The notes below the pieces were generated by a model. That model was not told where the DNA came from, did no database searches, and worked only from the letters and a program-made list of their open reading frames with translations. Of a stretch of 64,000 bases of DNA, positions 29,388 to 37,218 are shown piece by piece. The stretch comes from Candidatus Spyradenecus sp. (GTDB lineage: Bacteria; Verrucomicrobiota; Kiritimatiellia; RFP12; DVOR01). The position numbers were made by a program, and so were the translations under genes. Position 1 is the stretch's first letter; every line of letters starts with the position of its first letter. Where the stretch lies: contig JAZRAG010000078.1 of assembly GCA_045634445.1 (NCBI GenBank), forward strand, positions 36 to 64,035, read 5' to 3'.

Positions 29388-29963
29388 TTACGAACCAGGA
29401 TGCACAAAGGGTTCATTTGCCTTGCACATCGGGCAGTCTGCGGGTTCCCACACCTGAGGTTCAATGTGGAGCAATGCATACGTCGGATAGTCAAACTTAG
29501 CCTTGCCACCCGAACGATCCACCAAAACCAATACTGCAGCCACTTCACCGCCTGCAGCCTTCACGATATCAATCGTTTCCTGTACGCGGCCACCACGTGT
29601 AATCACGTCTTCCGCCACGACATAGCGCTGACCAGGGATAATCTTGAAACGGCGCATCTGAAGCATGCCTTCAGCATTCTTTTCAGCGAAGATGCACTGC
29701 GTGCCAAGAGCCTTAGCCACTTCGTGACCCACCAAGATGCCGCCCAAAGCCGGCGAAATCACGCCGTCTACGGTACCGATGTCGGCTTCTTCCTTCATGC
29801 GACGCACCAATTCAGCGCAGAGCGTCTGTGCATGATGCGGCCAACGCAAAACTTCAGCGCACTGGAAATAACGATTGGAGTGCAACTTCGAACGCAATTC
29901 AAAGTGGCCTTCCAAAAGGGCTTTCGTATCCTTAAAAATCTGCAAAACATCATCGTCAGTCAT
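29388..29963 (-). CDS. pyrE: Orotate phosphoribosyltransferase
   Basis: GHFELRS, VVAEDVITRGG PRPP-binding motif. Confidence 0.93.
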   Translation of the reverse strand: MTDDDVLQIFKDTKALLEGHFELRSKLHSNRYFQCAEVLRWPHHAQTLCAELVRRMKEEADIGTVDGVISPALGGILVGHEVAKALGTQCIFAEKNAEGMLQMRRFKIIPGQRYVVAEDVITRGGRVQETIDIVKAAGGEVAAVLVLVDRSGGKAKFDYPTYALLHIEPQVWEPADCPMCKANEPFVHPGS

Positions 29964-30006
29964 GTGAATCACCTTTCAATAAATAAAAAAGTTAACTAAC
30001 CCCCTT

Positions 30007-30035
30007 AGTATACCACCACCCGACAAAACAAGCAA
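30007..30035 (-). promoter_or_regulatory. Sigma70-type promoter for pyrE
   Basis: TTGCTT-17 bp-TATACT on the minus strand. Confidence 0.6.
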
Positions 30036-30107
30036 GTCAGATTCATGCGTCAAACGACTATTCTTGTTCTAAAAAAGGCTTGCTTTAGAAGGCGTCTTTT
30101 GATACTA

Positions 30108-31658
30108 TTAATGCACTTTCGTATGGGGCGGTAGCTCAGTTGGTAGAGCACCACGTTCGCAACGTGGGTGTCGGCGGTTCGACTCCGCTTCGCTCCACCA
30201 TACAGGAAGAGATGATGAATGAGACGGGTTTTGCCCGTCTTTTTTTGTTTGGAAAGCCTGTAAATTCAGGCTTAGGGCAGACGTGAGGGAGTTGTTGCTG
30301 GAGTTAGAATACGGGGTGACGTGTTTATCCTTTGAAACGGACAAAAGGCCGAAAACGAGAGCCAGGAATGATTGGCGGGCTTGGGGTTGGAGATGTTGCA
30401 GTAAACCCGATGGAGACCTTAATTTTTCAAGGTTTTGCTGGTATTGCGTGATGGCTTTATTGATGCGATATTCCGCATTAATTGGAGAGTTAGACTTTTC
30501 CGTTATGGTTCGGCGGTATTCGGCCGCCTTTCGTTCGTAGGTGGCGTCGTCAATCTTGCCGTCCAGATAGGCATCTGTGAGCTTATCGAGGCGCGTTTGG
30601 GCTTGCGCAACTTCTTTTTCGGCAACGTTTTTTGCCGTGCGTTCGTGGGCGATGATTTCTTTCGCCTTTACCCTGAAAATCTCAATCGCCTTTCCAAGGG
30701 CTTGCATCAGAATTGGCAATTGGTCCAACAGTTCGCGGATTTGTTCGCCGATGATACGATTGCTGACGTTGATATGGTTGTGGCGGCACTTGTAATACAG
30801 GTGACCTTTCGAGCGGTAACCTACTAAGGGCGTGCCGCATTCAGCGCAGATGAGCAAGCCGTGGAATTCCGGAGGATCTGGCACGCGGTGTTGGACGCGC
30901 TTATTGGCCAGGATGACTTCGCGTTCCTCCGGCGTAATCATGCCAGGGAATGCAGCTGGAATTGGTTGGCCGCCTGTGATAGTGCCGCAGATGATACCGG
31001 CGTAAATGTGGCGAGATGGTATTGCGACCGCGCGCTTCGGTGGGATTCCCAGGGATTCACACGTGGCATAATATTGCGCCTTGGTAATGATGCCAGCCGC
31101 GAGAGACTTGAGGGCGTGCTGAAGGATGCGGCCTTTGTCGGTAATCTCAAGAATGGGTAGGCCATCGGGCGCTTTGGTGATTTTGAAGCCCATTGGCGCT
31201 TTGTAGCACCAGCCTCCGCGCATGGCGGTCTCTACCATGCCACGCTTGCAACGGTCTGCGCGTTGCTGATTGTCAAACTGTGCGACCGATAGCAGGAGCG
31301 TGGAGACGAGCTCGCCCACAGGGTCCTGCGTGATGTTTTCGGTGGCCGAAAGCACGTCTGTGCCGTGCTTCTTTAGGGTGGTGCGTAAAACGAGACCGTC
31401 TGAAGTATTGCGAGAGAGTCTATCAAGCTTCCAAACGACAAAGGCGGTCGGTTTTTCGCGTGCGCAAAACTCTAAAGCCTCTTTTAGTGCAGGGCGGTTT
31501 GCGGTTTTTGCCGAAACACCGGCGTCGGTAAACGTGCGAATGACAGAGAGGCCCTGCCGATGGGCAAAAGCCAGGCAATCATTCAGCTGCGAGTCAAGAG
31601 ATGTGCCCGTGACCTGCTCCTCTGATGATACGCGCGTGTATACTACTGCCGTCTTCAT
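30108..31658 (-). CDS. Large serine recombinase (integrase); lysogen form runs antisense through the tRNA
   Basis: YTRVSS catalytic motif, VWKLDRLSRN, recombinase domain, CAECG..YYKC zinc ribbon, coiled coil. Confidence 0.95.
   Translation of the reverse strand: MKTAVVYTRVSSEEQVTGTSLDSQLNDCLAFAHRQGLSVIRTFTDAGVSAKTANRPALKEALEFCAREKPTAFVVWKLDRLSRNTSDGLVLRTTLKKHGTDVLSATENITQDPVGELVSTLLLSVAQFDNQQRADRCKRGMVETAMRGGWCYKAPMGFKITKAPDGLPILEITDKGRILQHALKSLAAGIITKAQYYATCESLGIPPKRAVAIPSRHIYAGIICGTITGGQPIPAAFPGMITPEEREVILANKRVQHRVPDPPEFHGLLICAECGTPLVGYRSKGHLYYKCRHNHINVSNRIIGEQIRELLDQLPILMQALGKAIEIFRVKAKEIIAHERTAKNVAEKEVAQAQTRLDKLTDAYLDGKIDDATYERKAAEYRRTITEKSNSPINAEYRINKAITQYQQNLEKLRSPSGLLQHLQPQARQSFLALVFGLLSVSKDKHVTPYSNSSNNSLTSALSLNLQAFQTKKDGQNPSHSSSLPVWWSEAESNRRHPRCERGALPTELPPHTKVH
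30125..30200 (+). tRNA. tRNA-Ala(CGC)
   Basis: 76-nt cloverleaf; anticodon arm CCACG-TTCGCAA-CGTGG; G3:U70 identity pair; encoded CCA. Confidence 0.97.
30194..30202 (+). other. attL core TCCACCATA
   Basis: Identical 9-mer at 61737..61745; overlaps the tRNA 3' end. Confidence 0.85.
30222..30247 (+). terminator. Phage-supplied intrinsic terminator for the tRNA
   Basis: AGACGGG-TTTT-GCCCGTCT hairpin followed by a T-run. Confidence 0.8.
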
Positions 31659-32125
31659 TCGTGCAGCGCCTTAACAGTTTCACGTTTTTTGGGGATGAAT
31701 GTGGGGAAACATTTGTCGCAGACGATGCCTGAAATTTGCTTACCTTCGTAAAGTGCTGAGTGCGCATTCCTGCGAGGCTTCCATTTTTCGCAGACGCAAC
31801 AACAGAAGCGCGTGCCACCTGAAGCGAACGCGCGCTCAACGGAATACGCCTTGTTACTGGTCGCATCTTCTTCTTCTTCAACCATGTATGCGACGGTGGC
31901 AAAAGCTTCGGCCTCTCTTTGCGCTTTGCGTTCGCGCTTTTCGGCGATGACTCTTTTGCGATATTTCCGGTAACGACAAAGGACTGTCAACGTGAGCAAG
32001 GCAAAGACTGCCACGACAACGGCATCACCGGTCTTTTCACCCTTTGCGAACATTGCGACAGAACCTGCGGAGAATATCAGCAACAGAGTGGCCAGAAAAG
32101 TTTGAATGATGAACGATAAAATCAT
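31655..32125 (-). CDS. Two-TM membrane protein with C-terminal Cys-rich putative Zn finger
   Basis: Two hydrophobic segments; CCCVC...VCDKC. Confidence 0.7.
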   Translation of the reverse strand: MILSFIIQTFLATLLLIFSAGSVAMFAKGEKTGDAVVVAVFALLTLTVLCRYRKYRKRVIAEKRERKAQREAEAFATVAYMVEEEEDATSNKAYSVERAFASGGTRFCCCVCEKWKPRRNAHSALYEGKQISGIVCDKCFPTFIPKKRETVKALHE

Positions 32126-32231
32126 GGCAAGACTCCTTTTCCTCTTTTAACGGGTATAGTTTAGCATTTTTTGAGTGTGTAGGAATATACCGAAAAAGTG
32201 AAAAAAGGTTAAAAAAAGTATATTTTTTTAG

Positions 32232-32261
32232 TTGACATAGGTTTAACAAACCTGTTACAAT
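32232..32261 (+). promoter_or_regulatory. Rightward early promoter with embedded operator
   Basis: TTGACA-18 bp-TACAAT; palindrome AGGTTT-AAC-AAACCT in the spacer. Confidence 0.75.
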
Positions 32262-32290
32262 AGCGCCGTTTTCGAGAAAGGAGTACGAAA

Positions 32291-32512
32291 ATGGCTAACA
32301 TGCCGGACGTTAATAAGGTAATTCGGTCAGTTCAGATTCCGCTTGAACTGATGGCACGCCTTAGGAAGTTGGCAGAGGCACGTCAGATGACGGTGGGTCA
32401 GTTGATCAACTTTATTTTGCATGAGCAGCTGGACCACATTGCCCTGGATGAGAGTGACTACGAATGGATTAAAAACGAGGTGCGAAAGAATGAAGAAAAG
32501 CGAAAAGTTTGA
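32291..32512 (+). CDS. Ribbon-helix-helix DNA-binding protein (Arc/CopG-like)
   Basis: RSVQIPLELMARLRKLAEARQMTVGQLINFIL pattern. Confidence 0.7.
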   Translation: MANMPDVNKVIRSVQIPLELMARLRKLAEARQMTVGQLINFILHEQLDHIALDESDYEWIKNEVRKNEEKRKV

Positions 32513-32597
32513 TTTAACCCTTACCATGGAAGACGCGGCGAAGATTCGCCGCGTTGGTAAGGGAGAGGATGCTGATATTCTTTTTATTTTGTCCGAG

Positions 32598-32640
32598 GGT
32601 TTAACAAACCTTGAATTTAGCACTAAGGGTTTAACAAACC
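32598..32640 (+). promoter_or_regulatory. Two further operator copies GGTTTAACAAACC
   Basis: 32598..32610 and 32628..32640. Confidence 0.8.
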
Positions 32641-32716
32641 CGAAAGAACAGGTCGTTCGCATCTAAGTGACGCAAGGGTGCGTCACATGCCGAAACAGGA
32701 AGAAAGGAATAGAGTC

Positions 32717-32839
32717 ATGAAAGAGTTTTGTTTGTTGGTTTTGATGGTTTTCTGGTTGCCGGTGATTTTTCCGCTGGCGGTTGTTGGCGGTTGGATTTTC
32801 ACGGTTGACAAGCAGCGCGCAAAGCAGGAGATGCAGTAA
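32717..32839 (+). CDS. Small membrane protein (40 aa)
   Basis: Manual translation MKEFCLLVLMVFWLPVIFPLAVVGGWIFTVDKQRAKQEMQ; GGA upstream. Confidence 0.55.
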   Translation: MKEFCLLVLMVFWLPVIFPLAVVGGWIFTVDKQRAKQEMQ

Positions 32840-32957
32840 TAGCACTTTTCCCGCTGCACGTGCCCAGTAAAGTAAAAGCGTACAGTTGTTTCATCATCAG
32901 GCTCACGGGTGTGAGCCGCACGTGCAGCGGGGTTTATTTTTTGAAAGGAGCAGAAAA

Positions 32958-33257
32958 ATGGTCAACAACAATGCAGAAGCAGCAGAATGCGATGAACAGT
33001 TCATCGTCGGGATTGGCGTGCAGCTAAAAGGAACGAGCGCCTCCTTGGCGATTGTCAAGAAGGAATATACAAAAGAAGATAAGCGCACGGCGCTTGGTGA
33101 TTGGATTCGGCGCGACCTTCTGCAACGCATCGCGGATGTTGTCTTCACCATGTACGCGTCGCGCCTTCATGCGATGGCTGGTGGTGACACACGTGAAGCG
33201 AAGCTTGACTGGCTGGTCGAAGAAGTAGAAAAGCTTCAAAAGCGTGGGGAGAATTGA
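32958..33257 (+). CDS. Phage hypothetical protein
   Basis: ATG after AAGGAG within track ORF 32886..33257. Confidence 0.6.
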   Translation: MVNNNAEAAECDEQFIVGIGVQLKGTSASLAIVKKEYTKEDKRTALGDWIRRDLLQRIADVVFTMYASRLHAMAGGDTREAKLDWLVEEVEKLQKRGEN

Positions 33258-33709
33258 CGATGAGCAATGAAGAATCAACGATGACCGGTGAAGTGACGGG
33301 GTTTGTTCTACCCGGACTTTCACCCGATGCGTATATCACGGTTTTTGGTTGCGTCGAAGAGCTCCGCGCCTTCCCTGAGCGCATGCTTCTGCGCAATCGT
33401 GAGCTCACAGAGCATTTGGCATTTGCGCGAATTATGAAGTTGCGGAATCTCCTTCAGCAGGTGCGATGGATTGCGCATGGTCGCGGCATGATCGTCTTGG
33501 CGCTCGATAGCGACACATTGGAGACGTCGGAGGAACGTCTGGCGTTGGCCGATACCCTGCGCAGCGTGGCGAATGCGTTGGATGATTTCGAACCGTGCGT
33601 GCCGTGCACTTGGGGCATCGAACGTGAGGCGCTCAACGTGATGATGGATCAGCTCTTGCGTACTTACATGGCCACGGTGTCAGCAGATGAGATTGGGAAG
33701 AAGATATGA
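33254..33709 (+). CDS. Phage hypothetical protein
   Basis: Overlapping-operon context. Confidence 0.6.
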   Translation: MTMSNEESTMTGEVTGFVLPGLSPDAYITVFGCVEELRAFPERMLLRNRELTEHLAFARIMKLRNLLQQVRWIAHGRGMIVLALDSDTLETSEERLALADTLRSVANALDDFEPCVPCTWGIEREALNVMMDQLLRTYMATVSADEIGKKI

Positions 33710-33903
33710 AGATAAAAGAAGAGTATGTGATGCGGACAATTCGCTTTCCGGTATCGGTCTATGACCGATTGGAAGCGCTTCGGGCAGAGCGTTGCATGAC
33801 AGTGACATCGTTGGTTTTGGCGGCTTGCGTTAAAGAATACGGACGCGTAGAAATGGTGGCAACGGAAGCGGTTCGCCCGCGATTCCCGGAGGATGATGAA
33901 TGA
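33706..33903 (+). CDS. Ribbon-helix-helix protein
   Basis: RTIRFPVSVYDRLEALRAERCMTVTSLV. Confidence 0.65.
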   Translation: MKIKEEYVMRTIRFPVSVYDRLEALRAERCMTVTSLVLAACVKEYGRVEMVATEAVRPRFPEDDE

Positions 33904-34067
33904 TGCGTCTGCGTGATTGGGTGCGCGTTTGGTCGCGCCGTTGGTTCGGCGATAGCAGTCTTTGGGAGCTTCTCGCATGGGCCGTTCTACTCCTGTGGAG
34001 TTTCTTGTTGATTCTCGTGTGCGTCATTATCGCCTACGCGGTGATTTTCGCCCTGGTGAACATGTGA
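33900..34067 (+). CDS. Small membrane protein (55 aa)
   Basis: Manual translation; start and stop overlap the neighbouring genes on both sides; long hydrophobic stretch. Confidence 0.55.
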   Translation: MMRLRDWVRVWSRRWFGDSSLWELLAWAVLLLWSFLLILVCVIIAYAVIFALVNM

Positions 34068-34408
34068 TGAAGTATGGTCCGTTCCACATTCCGCTCAGGG
34101 TCAGGCGCGTACCTGCGCCGTATCGCAACACGTCGGAATATATCGACTGGTGTGCGACTCAATTCGGGGCTACGTGGAGCAACGGCGGCAAGCGTAGAAG
34201 CCTCACGCCGATGCGGACGGACTTTGAATGCCCGAAATGGCATGAGTGGTTTGTGGAGACCTATGATTGGTACGTTCTGACGGAATGCCCACGGTGGCAT
34301 AAGCTCAACTGCTTCACCACGAAAGTTGACGCTGTTGCATTCTGTGAGCGGTGGCGCGAACAAGAACGCGCCGATGAGATGGCCATGATTTTGGCAAGGA
34401 AGCGATAA
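34067..34408 (+). CDS. Phage hypothetical protein
   Basis: ATG overlaps the preceding TGA; 3' part of track ORF 33962..34408. Confidence 0.55.
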   Translation: MKYGPFHIPLRVRRVPAPYRNTSEYIDWCATQFGATWSNGGKRRSLTPMRTDFECPKWHEWFVETYDWYVLTECPRWHKLNCFTTKVDAVAFCERWREQERADEMAMILARKR

Positions 34409-34419
34409 GGAGTAGAAGG

Positions 34420-35085
34420 ATGAAAAAGTACAAGCTGACGGAAGAGACGATCAACTTTCGCGGGCATAAATTGCACCGCATTCGCGCTTTGCGCAATTTC
34501 AGCGACGTCAAAAAAGGAGATCTCGGCGGCTTCATCGAAAGCGAGAGCAATCTCGCTCACGAAGACGACTGCTGGGTCTACGGCGATGCGCGGGTCTACG
34601 GCAATGCGCAGGTTTTCTGCGATGCGCGGGTTGGGCACAATGCGACGGTCTACGGAGATGCGCTTGTCCGCGATCAGGCGCGGGTCAACGGCAATGCGGA
34701 GGTCGGCGGCAATGCGTGGGTCGGCGAAAATGCGCGTATCTTTGAGAATGCGTGGGTCCACGACAATACGTCTGTCGGCGGCAATGCGTATATCTTCGGC
34801 AATGCGTGTTTTTCCGGCTATGCGCGGGTCTTCAGCGATGCGCAGATCGAACGAACAAGCGAGTACGTTGTTTTCAAGAATTGGTGGAGCAGCGGTCGCT
34901 ACTTCACGTGGACGCGCTCAAATAACATGTGGTGCGTTGGCTGTTTCTGCGGAACAGGCGAACAACTAATCGCAAAAGCCTACAACGACAGTGAAGAATC
35001 GGGCCGCGAGTATGAGCGCGTGGTCAAGTATGTTGAAAGCATTCTTGCCGATGCAAGAACGAATAAAAAAGGCGGTGAGGAATGA
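34420..35085 (+). CDS. Phage hexapeptide-repeat (left-handed beta-helix-like) protein
   Basis: KYKLT..RIRAL..DLGGFIESE then (GNARVY)n repeats. Confidence 0.85.
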   Translation: MKKYKLTEETINFRGHKLHRIRALRNFSDVKKGDLGGFIESESNLAHEDDCWVYGDARVYGNAQVFCDARVGHNATVYGDALVRDQARVNGNAEVGGNAWVGENARIFENAWVHDNTSVGGNAYIFGNACFSGYARVFSDAQIERTSEYVVFKNWWSSGRYFTWTRSNNMWCVGCFCGTGEQLIAKAYNDSEESGREYERVVKYVESILADARTNKKGGEE

Positions 35086-35282
35086 GTATTGAAAGTTTAC
35101 AGGATGAATTGCTCCACGAAGAGGTTTTCATTTCTCAGAAAATCTACGAGATGCGGAGCAGTTTAGAAAATGAGACAAACCTCGGTAAATTGGCCCTGGG
35201 CATAAAGGAAGTCGCGCGTCTCGAAGGCTTGCAGGAAGGCATTGAAGTCGCAAGGCTGAAAATAAAAAAGCACATTGGGTGA
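35082..35282 (+). CDS. Phage hypothetical protein
   Basis: ATGA overlap with the upstream gene. Confidence 0.55.
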   Translation: MSIESLQDELLHEEVFISQKIYEMRSSLENETNLGKLALGIKEVARLEGLQEGIEVARLKIKKHIG

Positions 35283-35672
35283 AGGAATCAAATTGCTATT
35301 GGCTGACCGTTGGCCATGCTTGGGATGCAAACAACGGTAGAGCGAGCGAGACGATTAGCGACGGCCGCGCGAAAAACCTCAATTGCTCCCTGTTGCGGAG
35401 GGTAAAGCCTGACACGGGCCCGCTGAAGTGTAGACCAGGACAGCGCCTGTCGGAGGCGCTGAACGTCCACGGTAGTTACCTCGCTATCGGTCGCCAATGA
35501 GGGAGATCAGGAACAGAATCTGGCACGTGACGACGTGCTTTTAGCAAACCTGGGAGCAGATGGCCGTTATCTGCGATCGTAAAACGGCAACGGTGGATAA
35601 TTCGCACATGGGTCTGCGCCTCACCTATCACCGAAAAGGCGCAAATCTTTATCAAAGAAAGGAAACGAAGAA

Positions 35673-36737
35673 ATGGACATCAAAATGTCAGAACTGATTG
35701 AGGCTTTTTCTGCGCGGTTTAACTACGCACAGAAAAAGATTGGATTAAACGCAGGAAAGAAGTACGAGCAGCGTTGGATTGACTCGTGCGATCACGCGAG
35801 AAAAGTGCTCAACTGGTGCCATGAACACGACAAGCCAGACTTGCAGATCTGTCTTGTAGCAGAAGCAGCAGAGGCAAACCCAGTGGCCGTGACGCTTTAT
35901 CCCCCGGTGGAATCGCAAGACGAATTGGTGAAAGCCACGGCCGATTTGCCTTTTGAAGCAGCGTCTGAGGAAATCGCAGACGAAAATGAAGAAGTGGAAG
36001 AAGCAGATAGATCTGAAGAAGCAGAAGAAATGAAAGACGAAAAATCGTTGCCGTCAATTCCTTACGTCTATCTTCAACAAGAGTGTCGGGAGATCTTAAC
36101 TGAAGGATGCCCGGCGCACTTTATTTTTTCCAATAAGCTCCGCAAGGCTGCACTGGAAGCGATTGCAGACGCGCGCCGTGATCAGTGCGTGCCGTCCATG
36201 CACAAAGGCCTTCCCGTGGAACGATTGGCGGCTGCATTGATCGCCGCTGCATGCGTTGGTTTGTCGGCCTCTTCGAACGGCCACATGAAGGCAATCAATG
36301 CGGCAGGCTTTGAGCGTCTCTTCGATGACGGCCCGCACGATGAAGAGTTGGGCGCGATTAAGTGCATGCGTGACGGTGAGAGTGTTCGTTTGAGCATTAC
36401 ACGTGGCGCAATGTTTGACGCTTTTTTCGGTAAGGCGGCCGAATACTATGGCGTGGCCACTCTTGAGATGCGTCACAGAGTAGTGGAGAACGTGCAGGGG
36501 TTGCGTTGCCCGGAGACTTACCCGAACTATCTGCTGGCTGTAAAGCTGCCGTGCCTTGACTGTGGCGATCTTGACTCGGCGCACATCGCCATGCGCAGCA
36601 ATAGCCTGTCGATGCCGGTTGCCAAATGCCTCAACGATGAGTGCTTTGCAATGTGCAAGGTGCACGGCCCGCTCGAAGGGTTCGCAAAGCGTCGCATTGC
36701 ACAGGCGATTAAATTGAGCTACGAACGCCTGTTGTGA
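35673..36737 (+). CDS. Putative RecT/Red-beta-like single-strand annealing protein
   Basis: LAAALIAAACVGLS..., acidic linker, position in the replication module; by-eye resemblance only. Confidence 0.45.
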   Translation: MDIKMSELIEAFSARFNYAQKKIGLNAGKKYEQRWIDSCDHARKVLNWCHEHDKPDLQICLVAEAAEANPVAVTLYPPVESQDELVKATADLPFEAASEEIADENEEVEEADRSEEAEEMKDEKSLPSIPYVYLQQECREILTEGCPAHFIFSNKLRKAALEAIADARRDQCVPSMHKGLPVERLAAALIAAACVGLSASSNGHMKAINAAGFERLFDDGPHDEELGAIKCMRDGESVRLSITRGAMFDAFFGKAAEYYGVATLEMRHRVVENVQGLRCPETYPNYLLAVKLPCLDCGDLDSAHIAMRSNSLSMPVAKCLNDECFAMCKVHGPLEGFAKRRIAQAIKLSYERLL

Positions 36738-36819
36738 TGACTTAGCCCTGCGCCGTGCCAGGAAGGAACATTGCACGGCACCCCCTTTTCTTCAGCAATA
36801 AAAAACAAGGAAATAACCC

Positions 36820-37104
36820 ATGGAAGAACAAACAACAAAGCGTGAATGGAAGCCCGGCACGGGCGGCCTTTACCGAAACAGCTACAAGCCTGAAGGCGAT
36901 CACAAACAGCCAGCCATGCGCGGCACGATCTGCTTGCCAGACGGCAAGATCTATCGCATTGCCGCGTGGACGCGATTCAATTCCGTCAACGGGGACAAGT
37001 ATCTTTCGTTGCGCATCGAAGATGAAGCGACCTGGCAAAAGGCTCGTGAAGCTGCAAAGGCCGAACGTGCGCTTGCACAGGATGAAGAAGATTTGCCCTT
37101 CTAA
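36820..37104 (+). CDS. Small phage protein, possible ssDNA-binding OB fold
   Basis: P..RGTI..DG..YRIAAW...KYLSL, acidic DLPF tail typical of SSBs. Confidence 0.55.
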   Translation: MEEQTTKREWKPGTGGLYRNSYKPEGDHKQPAMRGTICLPDGKIYRIAAWTRFNSVNGDKYLSLRIEDEATWQKAREAAKAERALAQDEEDLPF

Positions 37105-37218
37105 GGCGTAGCATGGCAAGCGCATCTACAGAGGTAGAAGACACCTGCGCGTTCGTAGATGCGCTTGCTGACGCTTTGGCTGCTTTGTTGATTGAAGATC
37201 TAAAAGAAAGCTTAAACA

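Noticed and set aside
32884-32917. CTGATGA-T-GAAAC on the minus strand resembling a hammerhead ribozyme core
   Set aside because: Stem II is absent and there is no NUH cleavage triplet ahead of the putative stem I.
34261-34969. Repetitive ORFs (RIADPRI..., MRGSTA...)
   Set aside because: Alternative-frame products of the 18-bp coding repeats in the hexapeptide gene.
35497-35696. ORF with an in-frame TAG suggesting amber recoding in the phage
   Set aside because: Single short case; gene 50626..50937 terminates at TAG and long phage ORFs are not fragmented.
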